A stretch of DNA of 52,991 bases from Klebsormidium nitens (lineage: Eukaryota; Plantae; Klebsormidiophyceae), in NCBI GenBank assembly GCA_000708835.1, contig DF237554.1:1-52991 (forward strand), written 5' to 3'. A program made the position numbers and the translations under genes. Below, piece after piece: positions 1 to 12,723 of the stretch (its first letter is position 1; each line of letters opens with the position of its first letter). A model generated the notes under the pieces. That model was not told the origin of the DNA and ran no database searches. It saw nothing but the letters and a program-made list of their open reading frames with translations.

Positions 1-456
1 CGTATATCTACTATCAATTCTCGTTATAGCTGAGAATTCGAAATTTTCATCGTTCACTGACAATTGAGATTCTGGAACTTGAAGTTCAAAGCACTTGGAA
101 AGCGCCAATTTCTGGAAGGAGGACCAGAGAGCAATTTGGTGAAATGGAGAAGGACGAAGGGGTACCGAAGGGATAACGCAGGGTAGCATTTTGATCTAGC
201 CGTGCTCTGCCCTGTAGAAGATTGCAGGCTGATCGAAAATTGGCATTTGCTGTTTTCTGGAGGACAACATTGAAGAATTGAACATTAGCAAACCTTGCTG
301 TGGCTCGCTAGAATAAAATTCTAGAAGCATCTGGTATGGAACCAAAGGAGGGTACAAACACAATTCTGCTATGCCGCCATACAGACTTTGCTTGAGGGTG
401 GAAGAACTCCAATCTGGTTGGACTGTGTGAAAGTCGATTGCAACCCATGTGTAGCC

Positions 457-3400
457 ATGGCCACCTCCTTGGGAGCGCTGAAGGCTTGGGAGGGCAGTTT
501 GCAAGGGGTTGCTTGGCAAAGAGAAGGGGCAAGGCAGGGGGAATCAGAAGACAGGAGGTTGCGCAGAACGCTGCAAAGACCAGGATTTGCTCGCTGCTTT
601 GTCATTGGAGACTGCAATTTTCAGACGCAATGTCTGCATACCAGACGTGATAAACTTTATGGAGGGCAATTGAGGCACAGAAGCACGGGTCGTGCCCAGA
701 AGATACGGTCATCAAGACTGAAAACTACTGTTGCCTCAGCATTTCTCCAGCATGAGCACAAAAAACCTCAGGTCAGCAACTTCCCAGAGTTTTCTTCTTC
801 TCTTTCAGAGTAGTACTTGGTGGTCCGAATGTGGACATCAGGTCCTGTTTCGTCATCAGTTCCTAAGGTTTCATTGAATACGTGTTGCAAGCATCAACAA
901 GCAACATTTCCTACTACCTTTGGAATAAGTGCCTCCATATTGTTGAACTCAAGACAGGTCTCTCAGATACTCATTCTAGGACTGCTGATCACTGGATCAC
1001 ATGCTGCAGCTTGCTCTGCGTCTCTGCAGCTCATGATCAGGCTTGCGCGTCTGTATCTGCAAGTCATTGATGACAGTGTGAGCATGTATTCCTAGATATA
1101 ATGAGAGATTCTTGGCTCTCATAAGGTCCTTCGTTGAACCTTTCCAGACACAGCAACCTTCCCAACCCCAGCGATTCCTTCAGCACTTCAAAGCCCTTTT
1201 AGCCCTCACTCCCCAGCGCAAGTCAATCGTGCTGCTCAACGTCCTCGCCTTCATTGATGGAGCAACTGCAGGTAAGCTGTCCCTTCATGTATGTACAGGT
1301 GAAGCTTCTCTGCATTGGCACACTTCAGAATTGCAAGCACATCTTGTCGAATGCTGAGAAGCTGCAGGCTGTAGAAAGATTCCAGGGTCCCATTTCCAAA
1401 AGTGTTTGCATACTGGTTGGGGTAACAAAATCCCAGAGTCACTCGAGTCACGCTTATCCCACCTCCTCAAATTTTTGGTGTCTCGGACAATTGTAAGCCA
1501 GTCAGGGTTGTAGGAAGGAAGTTCATAACGATGTATGGACGGTTGGTGAAAGTCTACAGTTTGCTCTCAACGGATGGCTTGTTCCAGAAGTGGACGATTC
1601 TTCTCCAAAAAGACTCTACAACCAGTTGAGGCCTTAACATTTTGTCTATCTGCAGTGGTCATCAAGGCAACGGAGCTAAACACCGGGTCCGAAGAAGCCC
1701 CCGCCGCAGGGACCAGCCTCATGTTCTTCGTCCGGGTCATGGTCGGCCTCCTTGCGTTCGCCCCCGCCCTTACACACCGCTTCAACACAGAGGCAGCAGC
1801 AGCCGCCAGCTCCTCTGCAGAATTGCTGACATCACCGCTGTCGTCTGCGCCGGCCCTTTCACCAGGTTCAGCAACCGGGGGGCTGGGATTGCCCATGGTG
1901 GAAACCCCCCAGAACGTTGTCGGAGCAGTAGCCAACAGCAGGGGAGTAGCAGGTACTTTGAAAGAAGTGAGAGAGGAAACGGCGGGTGCTTGGGAGACGC
2001 TCTATTGGCCGGGGATGCTCTCGGGCGTGTTTATGTTCCTGGGAGATGCAGGGCAGGCTCTGGGATTGGAAACGAGCACCGCAGACCACGCCGCGGTGTT
2101 GCTGACAGGCTCGGTAAGTGTCCTTCACGAACAAGATCTCTGAAAACAAGAGCTGTAAGCGAGTGCCAACAGCTCTTGATGTTTATTGGGAAGAAAGTGT
2201 TCTCTGTGGCACCCGCAATCCTTTTGTGAATGATCAATCCCCATGCCATGGTAGTTTGCATTTTCACTGACGTTCTCGCATTTCCCCTCAAGTCTTTCAC
2301 TGACGTTTTTGCATTTCCCCTCAGGTCATTCTCGTTCCTTTTCTGGAGGCGTTCAGCGGGCGCAAGATCGGTGCGCCCGTCTGGCTGTCAGCGCTGCTCG
2401 CGACCGCAGGTATACGCCAACTCGTCCCTGTCACTCTCGTTCTTCGTTCGCGTGTTTGAGAATCACATCGGGAGTTGTGTTCGGGTTTCTGCGCCGCCCT
2501 CTCATGAAAGATCTGGAAGAGTATCTGAGCGTCTGCCTGGAGAAGGTGAAAGGATTTGGTAGTGGGCCGACATGGATTGAGTCATTACACGGTTTCCAAA
2601 GGCCGTCCAGTAACGAACTCTTTGCTTTCTGCTCTGTAAAGTCTCCGCTGCTGTACGTTGTAATATACAGCTTTTGCAGAGCGTCCACTCCGCTCGTTTT
2701 GACCCCCGCGCTTGCCTTTTGCTCAAAGTCACCCATGCGTTGGTCGCTGAGTAGATCGTCCTTGACTTCCCCTTCTACTGGGCGGAACCGTTCATCAACC
2801 TTCCCCCCCTGACAGATTGCTCTTGCCCTGCAGGCATGCTTTTGCTCGAGCAAGGGTCCGACATAGCCACTACCGTTAGCGAGGTCCCCTGGCACTATGC
2901 CCCCACCCACATCCTCCAATCCATACCAATAGGCGATTGCTGGTGTCTCACCAGCAGCATAGCATTTGCGGTGAGGCATTATCATCGTCCCGCTTTGAGT
3001 TGTGTGTTTTTCTGGCCACCGAATCGGAAGAAAGTCGCGTTCCTGTCGGCAGTCGGCTGGAACCAGATTGGCGAATCAGCGAAAGGCTATTTGCGTCTGA
3101 GAATGACTGGACGGCTTCTTGCACGGCTTCTTGCAGCGGGAGTCACTTTTCTGCAGGTCGTAGACAGACGTATAAAGGCTGACCAAGCTCGTTGCGCTGG
3201 AGAGCTCCGCCCTCTGGATTTCCTCTGCCCGTTGTCGTCATGTCAGGATTCCTGTGGCTGCTGTTTGGGGGTCCTCTAGGTCTAGTTAATATTGAACCCT
3301 GTTAACCGATAGATTAACCAAGAACGGAGGATTCCGGACATGGGTTGCCTGTGCGTCTTACTAAGAGCGACCTGAGTTGCGGACCCGTAGAGTTTTCTTC

Positions 3401-5270
3401 CCGCATCCTCCTGACCATCCGAGCGATTGTGGGAGTGGATTTTCGGGCATCTGGTCGCCGAGGAAACGTGTCTTCCGACGCTGTTTTCGACATGCTTTGT
3501 CTTAGCGCTACCCTCGAATCCGTTTTGCTGACCTCACGCTGATTGCCCGCAGCTGTACATGGTTCTTTCTGAAGAGCAGTGCGTGCGGACAGACCCCCTG
3601 AAGCTGGCCGCCGTCCAGCTGGCAACCACCGTCGTGCTGTCAGCACTCTGGGAAGCGTGAGTGTTCCAATCACTTTCGCTTTTTTATCCGTTTCTGGTCG
3701 AATGCGACGGTTTTGTTTGGGGCTTGAAGACAGCTCTGAAGACGTTGCATGATTCAGGGGCGCAAAGTCTGCCCGATGCTCGGAGCACCCTTCACGAAAG
3801 GCGAAGCACAAGGGACCGTTGTCGGGCCACCGTTGAGCTTTGAGCTCATCGGGCAAGGAGTCCATTCTTTGGTTTCTATCTTCTAGCTCCTCTTGTACAT
3901 CCCCTCCATCTACTTCAAGAGAGCCCATCTGCTGACCTTTGAGCTTCTAAGACCACCGTTTGGCAAATGCTTAGGAGTTTTACCGCATTTGCTTATCCTC
4001 AGATTTGACGTATGCAGCTGGGACCTGCACCATAATGGCGGAGGCGCAGGTGGCGCGCTGCTGTTGCGACACCTGGCAGCCATGCCGTGGGCTGCTGTCC
4101 TCTTCGTGGGCATCATCGGAACAGGTCAGCAATCGTAAAGTGCACTATAACTATCTGAGTCCTCGCTTTTCCGGAGCACTGAATTGCGAAGCTTCCTTGG
4201 CAGTCCCCTTTTTTACAGAACCCTTTCCTGCTTATCTATCTCGTTTGCGACCTTTTCTGGTGACGTCTCTCTTGACGAAAAGTGTAGGCTTCCGGTATGA
4301 GCACAGAGGTCTTCGCACGGACATGACCTTTCCTGTTCTTTGGCTAGGCTCTGCTTGTATCCAGCAGCGACTTACAACACAGAAAGGGTTATTCTGAGTA
4401 GCACGTAATACGTCGTAGCATTCCTTTCAGCGGTCTGTTTCACTTGAAGCGCTCTTGAGAACCCGTGTCAGCAATCTCGCTCTCCCGGGTTCGCTTAGAC
4501 AGCAAGCTTTTCAACTGATGCCTCCCGTTGGAACAAGTCAGCCTTCTTTCGTGGGACTATCAGTTAGCAAGAAGACAAAGGAAGCGAGCGTTGCACTTTT
4601 TAGAAGCGTTTCAAGGAAGCTTGGCAGCGAGAGTCGTCGCCGATCGCGAGGCGATCGCTGCGATCACGGTCGCCGCAGAAGTCCTTATCTGAAGTAGAAA
4701 AAGCGACCATGAAAGTTGTTGACGTGCTTTCGGGTCGCCTTCCTAATCAAGCCTTCCAAAAAAAGTTTGTTCCTCCAACGTATCCAGCTCTCCTGAAAGC
4801 AATTGATATCCACAGGACTCGCGTCGTGGATGGAGCTGGCGGCGCTCCAAACCGTCAACTCGACCACAGCCACCTTGGTGTACACTACCGGCCCCTTGTG
4901 GAGCGCAATTCTCGCGTATTTCGCGCTGGGGGAGACCATGGATGCCGTCTCATGCGGAGGCGCCGCCCTGATACTACTCGCAAGCATAGGTACCCAGGTC
5001 TTCGCGCCGCCGAAAACGCTTCGAACGGGACGGGCCTTGGCGCACCCGTTAGGAACCACAGTGGAGACTAGCAAAGATAGTCAAAGCGAGGCTGGTAGAG
5101 TAGCGGTCAGAAATGAGGAGCAACCCGTAACGAGCACGCCGGTAGACAGTTTCGTAGAGCTTGTCCATAAGGTAGCGGAAACGCGAAGTAGCCGGTGGGC
5201 GCCCAATTTGAAGTTACTTCCGATCAGGGCGATCGTGAGAGGCCGCGGATCATCAGCAGGAAAGAAATAG
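457..5270 (+). CDS. EamA/DMT (drug-metabolite transporter) family protein, multi-exon, probable organellar leader
   Basis: Hydrophobic exons read in series: LTPQRKSIVLLNVLAFIDGATA (donor after 1271); VVIKATEL...LMFFVRVMVGLLAFAPAL...GMLSGVFMFLGDAGQALGLETSTADHAAVLLTGS (to 2113); VILVPFLEAFSGRKIGAPVWLSALLATA (2325-2410); GMLLLEQG...IGDCWCLTSSIAFA; MPWAAVLFVGIIGT (donor after 4124); GLASWMELAALQTVNSTTATLVYTTGPLWSAILAYFALGETMDAVSCGGAALILLAS (4816-5270, stop). This matches the two-repeat EamA pattern. The ATG at 457 (MATSLG..., donor after 771) and the middle exons are less certain. Confidence 0.75.
2262..2324 (+). repeat. 33-bp tandem duplication of a branch point + 3' splice site in an EamA intron
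   Basis: tttcactgacgttctcgcatttcccctcaag (2262-2292) and tttcactgacgtttttgcatttcccctcag (2295-2324). The second copy directly precedes the exon at 2325. Confidence 0.85.
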
Positions 5271-6257
5271 TGCCACGACTTCGGAAGTTCTTTCGCAGAT
5301 AGAAAGGCGTTAGGCATAACCCTTTTTGTTGGATACACAAGCAAGCACAATGCAGCCGCAAAGAGTTGTGGTTCAGAATAATGTACCATGGGACGAGAGG
5401 GCTAGATTGAGAATTGGTCATCATGTAGATGTAACATGGAGGAGTTTGTAATTGCTCAACCTCTTAATCAGGGCCTGCATCGCATACTAGCCTTGTCTCA
5501 ACGTACCTTCAAACCTCTTCAGAAGTACGGTAATCACTTCAATGTGCAGCTTACACAAGCAGTTGCAGGCCGCACTGAGCACTGCACGCGCTGATGCGTG
5601 GTGCATTCAAGAGCCTGCACGTGCTTAGGCTTCAACTTGACCACTCTGCTGATTTGACACTGCCGGGTGGCCCTTGATGTGCACGTTGATGGGCCCCCCG
5701 CGTGCTAGCATATCATAACACTGCTTGCCCGGGCTGATCATGGCATTTCCCGTCAAAGGTTCTCGGCGCACCATGTCAAACCCTCACTGTCATGGCCTGC
5801 GCTGCCGCCGCGAGCGCGCTGGCAAGCAATCCCCGACCCAACTTGGGAAAGGAATGTCAATCAGTGTGACTACTAGGCATGCAGGCTGCGTATATCTATA
5901 GATATTCCGGTCCTGATATGAATGGTGATGCTACTTTTCAAGTCCGATTCTCTGGACGGTCCAGAGAATCGTGGTCAGGTTGCATATAACGGATCTTTAA
6001 TTCCTATATAATCTAAACGGGCTGATTTACTAGATCAGATTAGGGATTTGCATGGGCAAGAATGAGTTTACATGAGAAAATCAGTAACATATAGGTAACG
6101 GGCATGAATGGCGCTGAAGACGACTACAAGACCCCTTCGATGTTGGACTCTCTCGTTTAAATACCTGCGGGCAGAGCTGTTTCTACACTCCTATACTAAC
6201 ACTGACGTACCGTCAGAACCGTTGGCCGTCTGCATCTATCGGCCTTTAGAAGACATG

Positions 6258-8487
6258 TTATGCAACCTGATCTTCTCTAATATCGACTTCTTGTAAGTAG
6301 GCTTCATCGAAATACCAAGGAGGTTCCTCCTTAGCCTTCTTTTTCCGAGCCATCCTATGTAGGGCGCCACCCCCCCGTCCTCCGTCACCCGCGCACCGAA
6401 GCTCCCGGCCACAAGCTCGTTGTCCGACAGGCCGTCTGTGTCTAAGATCTGAAACGGACAAACAGCCATCCCGCTTGGTATTTCCCGGCGGCCATCCCCC
6501 GCTCAAAGTCCGTTGGATCGCCTTCTGCAGTGTACGGAAAGAAGGCGCTGAACCAGCCGTCGTAGTACCTCCTCGGCCCCCCCGATCCGTACGACTCTCT
6601 CCCTGTCAGAACGCGGCTCCACCAGTCTTGGTCCACGTTCCCCGAGTACGTATCGATGAGCTTTTCGAGCACCGGTTCCAGATCGTCCAGCCACCTGTCC
6701 AGGCCGATCTCAAGCGCGCGCAGGGCACGTGCCTTGGCCAATAGCCTATGCCAGTCCTCAAGGGATCCTTGGAGCTTGACCGCAGGGATGCCGCAAGTTA
6801 TGTCTAGGATGTACTCGAAGTAGTGCTTCATTGTGTCCATGAGCACCACCTGACTGGCCGTCTTCGAGATGTCGTCAGTCGTCGAGAAGTCGTTCACGAG
6901 GAGCTGACACGTGTCCCCTTTCACGCGCTCATTCAGTTGGTCGACGATCAGCTGGACGCATCTCGGCCATTTGAGGAGACGGGAGTCACCTGGCAGAGGC
7001 ATAAGAGTAATCAAGCAAGCTCGAGTGAACGGCTGCACACTGACTCTGCAATTGTCATTCCTGACGACATTGCTTGTTCTCGCTTGCAAGAAGGGAAGAA
7101 GGGGACAACAAATTAACGAAGGCATGAATGAAATTTGAAATTTGCGGTTGGAGACAGCGTTACTGGTTTTTGGCTGTCTCTCAAAGATCGGAACGGGACC
7201 TGTTCTCGTGATACTATGAGTGTATCATCAGCGGATGTAGATGAAGTGGTCGAAAGATTCATCTACCAGTTCAAGCTTCGCTTCAGATCAGAGTACTTCG
7301 GCAGTGGCGTAAACAATCAGGAAACTCTATTCAGAACTTATCTGTCTTGGAAGAACTATCCGCCTGCCTTTCTTTGTCTCTTCTTATGGTCGCCGACGAA
7401 TCAGCAATCATGAACAATTGGGCACATTGAATCCAGAACTCAATCATTTAAGTTGCATTTTCATTGGTGTCTTCGATTAAGAATTCACTGACCATGGGGA
7501 ATGGACCTCACCTGTCAAGGATTGTGTTGCATCCACTTTGATTGTCTCCTTCCCATCGTGGTCGACAAAGACCTTGCGGTACTTCTCAGCGTTGTCCTTG
7601 TAAGAAAGATGCGCGCTGACGCCCTGCATGATGGTCGACCAGATTAGCTTCTAATATGATTATAGCAATCCATCAGCATTCTTTTCACACCCTTCCAGGA
7701 CGTTATGTGCAGTCCAAGAATGTTGTCAAAGCTCAAATCTGTGAAAATAGAGACGATTGCATCTTGAGCCGGGAACTTAGAGACAGAACTGAAACTCTTT
7801 TGAGCTCGTGCCTTGCATCAAAAACATATCGTTTAATAAGACTCCCACCTGCGCAATCGCCAGCATGATGTCATCCGGCCTTAGATGTAGGTTGTGGTGA
7901 CCGGAGTACGCGGTCTCAATTGCCTGGAAGAGTCCACTTCTCGAAACTCCAGTGCTGCTCAGACTGAATCCATCAGTGCAGTCAAATATGTCCTCCCGAG
8001 GCCACTCATTATCCTGCATAACCTTCTGAAGCACTGGCAGCACAGGCAGCTCTCTTTCTGTCTCGGACTCCTCAGGGGCTTTGACAGCGTTCAGAACTTT
8101 GCGCTTGATCTGCGGAGCCAGAACCTGCACGCTGCTTTGAGAAGGTAGACCCTTCCCTGCTTCTGCAACAATTGCTGACAAAAGACGAGCCGGCTGGTTG
8201 TTTTGATTGACGTCACGCCTTGCAATGTTGCTGGAGAGCACATGCTGGTAAGATTTTCTGCCACTCGAATGCAGGGTCTGCTGTAAGGAAGGAGAAAGTT
8301 GCGTGACTTTAGCCATTGCAAACGTCCGTCCATGTTGATTTTGGCGTGGTATCAAAGCTGCTCCTGCTAGCCCTGAAGATGCTAGGACGCGGGGCGAGAC
8401 GACTGCAAGCGCCATTGCAAGAGGAAAACGTTGCGATTGCAATCTGGGTAGAGCTTGAACAAAACGTCTGACTGAGGACGCCGCCAT
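6258..8487 (-). CDS. DUF4419 domain protein, copy 1 (3 exons; two apparent 1-nt frameshifts near the C-terminus)
   Basis: Exons 8487-7849, 7623-7512 and 6989-~6258. Motifs: GLFQAIETAYSGHHNLHLRPDDIMLAIAQ, LVNDFSTTDDISKTASQVVLMDTMKHYFEY, CGIPAVKLQGSLEDWHRLL, YYDGWFSAFFPY, ELVAGSFG. The N-terminus is Arg/Ser/Ala-rich. The tail is split over three frames (~6495 and ~6345). Confidence 0.8.
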
Positions 8488-9475
8488 GACTCTGAGTCAT
8501 GAGGTTTCAGTTGGTAGAAAGTTTTGCACATGCAATCAAAACGTAACATAGGCGCTGAACGCGGCGCCGCGCGGCGCGATTCTTGATGCTGAAGCTGAGG
8601 GTTTGGAGGGATCGTTGGAACGTAACGGAACTTGCGTGCGCGTGCGGCCGTCGCGCAGGTCCTCGCTCGGCATAAGTAATATGAAACGTCGACGATCGGT
8701 CATCATGACGTACGGCGGCTGCGCAGCGACAGCAGATTCTGCTGTATACTTTTAAGATAGCGCCTGATGTTGTGCTTACCACAGTCATACTTCCCTGACA
8801 CAGAGAAGCTTGATACTCTCTTCGTTTTGGATAAGGTGCACCTGTTGCGCCACCTCAAGCCTAGTATAGATGCGCGGCAGGTGCTGCAACTTGCAAATCA
8901 GACTTCAAACCTCACCCGAGAATGTGCACCAGGCACCATTTGTGCACGCCTCCGTTTGCCACAAGCTGTTCACACATGCATCTGCTCCTTGACGGAACAG
9001 TTGGGTCTTTGAATGCAAGGATCCGGCCGTCTGCAAGCTTGGTGCACTCAAAGAAGAATACTTGGATCAACACCAAGGTTCAGAAAAAACTAATTGTCGT
9101 TACTGCACAGCAACGTACGTCACTTTGAAAAGATACGAAACGCGAAACTAAGTTTTTGAATCCAAATATGCGCATCGGCGCATTGAAAACACGGTTTCTG
9201 GGGACGCACGTAACTGCATAAAACCACTTTGTGACATTTTCCATGCTGTATGATAGAGGGCCAGTGACGCCTGGGATGGTCAAAACATTCATCCGCAAAT
9301 GGACACACTCCAAGGAAGCTCGGACATTTCTATTCTTGCTCTTCGGCGGCAGAGCAGCTGACGTTCCTACCGATCGGCCGTCTACAATCAGCGTTCAAAA
9401 TATGTATCTGGTTGGCCTTCTGCAAGTATTATCAGCATACATAACAATATCCAGTCGAATCTGGTTTACTTGTAA

Positions 9476-11614
9476 TCACTTCAACTTTCCTAACTCTGCA
9501 GCGTATGCCTCGTCCATATCATAGAAAGGAGCCTCCTCCTCTCCCTTCTTTTTCACGAGCCATCCGATGTAGGGCGCTACCCCGCCGTCCTCCGTCACCC
9601 GGGCGCCAAAGCTCCCGGCCACGAGCTCGCTGTCCGTCTGACGACCATTTTCAATGATTGTGAACGGACAATTAACCATCCCGCTCGGCACGTCCCCAGC
9701 ATCCAAGCGTCCAAAGCGGGCCTGCTTTCCCTTCACGGTGTACGGAAAGAATGCCTGGAACCACCCGTCAAAGAACACCCCCCCGCCGGAACCGTTGAAC
9801 TCCTCCCGGGTAAATACGTGGCTCCACCAATCCTCGTCCACGTTTCCCGAGTACGTTTCAATGAGCTTCTCGAGGACCGGCTCCAGAACGTCCAGCCACC
9901 AGTCGAGGCCGATCTCCAGCGCGCGCAGCGCACGTGCCCTAGCCAATAGCGTATGCCAATCATCCAACGTGCCGTGCAACTCGATCTCAGGGATACCGCA
10001 TGAAAAGGAGAAGCCATACTCAAAATAATGCTTCATGGTGTCCATCAGAACGACCTGGCTGGCCGTTCGAGAAACGGCGTCAGTCGTTGAAAAGTCGTTC
10101 AAGAGGAGCTGACACGTGTCCCCCTTGACGCGCTCAGTCAGCTCGTTGACGACGGCTTGGACGCAGCAGGGCCAGTAGAGGAAGCGGGAATCACCTGCAG
10201 ACAATTCGAGACAGTCAAGGCACTGGAAAAGTCGAAAAATCTTCAGAGCATATCTGCCGTGAAGGTTTCGTGAAGTACAACGAAAGAAGCGACATTTGAT
10301 GTTTTAGTCTGCTGGGAAGGCCAGTTTCTCTGTGAAGTCTTCGACAACCATCATAAAGAGCAGCATATCGACAGTTGGAATGATAAGAACATCGAGAACA
10401 AAGGGAGAATGATCCACTACTGGATCAGCGAATTCTTCTGAGGGGTCAATGTTTCGCTTCAACCTTCGCAGCAGAGTGTTGAGAAGGGAGCTACTTCAAA
10501 TGATTCCGAACCTCATCAGTCGAAGCACTGGATTGATTATCTGGAATTGCTCACTTAGAGAGCTGATCAAGTGATCTTGGAGAGAAAATGTTGAAGCAGA
10601 AAGCTTTGGATCAGTGTCCAAAGAGAGACCTCCGTTCTGGATTAAGGATAGGTCAAGCAACTGAGATCAAGCACAGTTACTGCAGCAAACCGGGATTCTT
10701 CGGTGACGTGGTCACACATTTCTGAAGAAACCAAACCCAACCAACCTGCCGTCATCAGTAAGACTCAGTGTGAACAAAAAGTCTCTTATCTGTCTATTCT
10801 CAGAAAGGCAAGTTAAACACATTAGAAGATAACAAAATTACAGGGTTTTCTGCACCTATCAACACGCTGTCCAAAAACCAATTCTGAGGATACTGAAGAA
10901 TACTGAGGATACTGAAGAATACTGAGGACTTTGAAGCAGAGTACACACCTGTTAGGAAGAATTTTGCGTCAACATTAATCTGCTCTTTCCCCTCATGGTC
11001 CACAAAAACCTGGCGGTACTTCTCAGCATTCTCTCCGTAAGAGAGGTGCGCACCGACCCCCTGAGCAATCGCCAGCATGATGTCATCTGGCCTGAGGTGA
11101 AGCTTGTGGTGGCCATTGTATGCTGTCTCGATAGCCACAAAAAGACCGCTCCTCGAGCCGCCTGAGCTTTGTATGACCAAGCCATCAGTGCAGTCAAAGA
11201 TCTCCTCCTGAGTCCAGTCGTTGTCCCGCATCAACTTTTGCAGTACAGGCAGCACTGCAAGCTCTCTCTCTAGCTCTGACTCTTCGGGAGCTTTGATCGC
11301 CTTCAAGGTTCTGCTTTTGATTTGTGGAGCCAAAATCTGCTTCCTGCTGCAGGAGGCTGGACAGATTCCCTCTCCTGCGCCTATCCTTGCTGGGCTTGGT
11401 AACCAACCTGCTTCCGTTGATTGACACCATGCGTTCCTGTCCTGCTTGAGACGTCAAAAGACCTGCGGTTCAAAAGCAGGGGGTTCGGAAAAGAAGGAAA
11501 CAAGGACGAGGTTTGGAGGGTCGTCGAGGACCGTGAAGCCGGAACCTGGCGGAGTGCGACACCATGAGCCCTAGAGGCTTGTGAGAAGCGGGGGGAAGCG
11601 ATCGCGAGAGCCAT
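9476..11614 (-). CDS. DUF4419 domain protein, copy 2 (tandem paralog)
   Basis: ATG 11614 (MALAIASPR, cf. MALAVVSPR in copy 1). The exon runs to 10949 through GLFVAIETAYNGHHKLHLRPDDIMLAIAQGVGAHLSY; final exon 10194-9476 has LLNDFSTT...VLMDTMKHYFEYGFSFSCGIPEIELHGTLDDW...FFDGWFQAFFPY. There is one frame break at ~11400 in the leader region. Confidence 0.82.
10884..10929. repeat. 19-bp tandem repeat (~2.4 copies) in a DUF4419 copy-2 intron
   Basis: ctgaggatactgaagaata x2 followed by ctgagga. Confidence 0.85.
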
Positions 11615-11856
11615 AGGGAGCAGAAACTGGTAAGAGACAAGGACGAGAACTATGCTGAGAACCTGGATTTGCCGCTCTGATCCAGCAGACTACATAACTT
11701 TGCTAGTCTTCTAAAGTACGTCATCGGTGACATCAGCGATACCAGTGGTGGGGTACGGTACATGTCGGTATGGTTGGTACCGCCAGGTTTCACCGGGTGC
11801 GGTGAAGTGCTCGGGGCAAATTCCGGTTACAATGAGGGCAAACCTGTGATCTTGGT

Positions 11857-11965
11857 GGGGTTAGCTTGGGGGTTAGGGTGGGTAAGGGTGCGCTCTGGCG
11901 GAACGCCTTAGGGTTTGTCAAAAACTGGGTTACTGCTCAATATTTACCCTTAGGGTTTTAGTGTG
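11857..11965. repeat. G-rich telomere-like core shared with the foldback element at 22373-22533
   Basis: ggggttagcttgggggttagggtgggtaagggtgcg (11857-11892) matches agggttagttggggggttagggtgggtacgggtgcg (22423-22458) at 32/36. A downstream ttagggttttagtgt also matches ttaggattttagtgt. Confidence 0.7.
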
Positions 11966-12723
11966 CGTTAGGAGGTTAACCCTGTGTGACATCATCAGTG
12001 ACGCATATCGTAAGACTAGCAAACTTACGTACCTACGTCCTCTGATCGCATCCGTTTCGATGGCATACAGGTTGCGGCCGGCGCGACGGTAGCGGCCGCG
12101 GGCCCTGGTCAAGTCTTGCTGAGGAAGAGGTTTAGGAGGTTTCGACTCGGAGTTACGACCCTGTCAGACAGCCGCGCGGCCGGCCAGCCTGTCATTGCCA
12201 GGGTTTTGGACACGCGCGCAGACTGGCCGCGACAGCCGGCAGCGCAGGAATCATTGAATGATTATCATTGGCCGGGCGCAGCCGGTTGCACGCGGCCGCA
12301 CATCCAGAAAACAAGCTATGTATCAAAAGTTTATGTGCAGCTACTATAAGTGCAATGTGATTCGGTTTTCGAAATGTCAAGTGACGCACGATTGTCGCTT
12401 CGTCACATTAGGGAAAGAACGTTGAGATACGCCGCTGATTCACACAACTTCCGGGTTTCCTACGTCTGAAATGGTTTGCAGTCTGGCTGTACTGTCAACG
12501 GCGTTGGGAAAGGTTTCATGACTCCAGCGCTCGGTTTTAACATGATGTGAGCGGCACAGTAAGCCCTTTCTTTACGGCTTCAGTGGCACGTCTGCAAAGG
12601 GCAGCTTCGTTTGAGACACATATGAGATACTGGTTGGAAATCCTATAACCTGTGTAATGTCTATCAAGTGAATGATCTTGAGGACATTATTATAGATGTT
12701 CAGGAGTGTCTGCTTACTCGAGG

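Noticed and set aside
3314-3928. 204-aa minus-strand ORF inside the EamA locus
   Set aside because: No recognisable domain, and it lies antisense within the EamA gene; treated as spurious.
6340-6500. Programmed -1 ribosomal frameshifting or a confident pseudogene call for DUF4419 copy 1
   Set aside because: There is no X XXY YYZ slippery heptamer. Both shifts are fixed by one extra base in a homopolymer, and similar lesions occur in other genes here, so sequencing error is more likely.
6258-11614. Endogenous giant-virus insertion suggested by DUF4419
   Set aside because: The genes have canonical introns and organelle-type leaders and sit among ordinary host genes; no viral hallmark genes or intronless gene-dense block are present.
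11718-12003. Terminal inverted repeats bounding the G-rich module (cgtcatcggtgacatca ... tgacatcatcagtgacg)
   Set aside because: Only about 12/17 complementary with no TSD; too weak to define an element.
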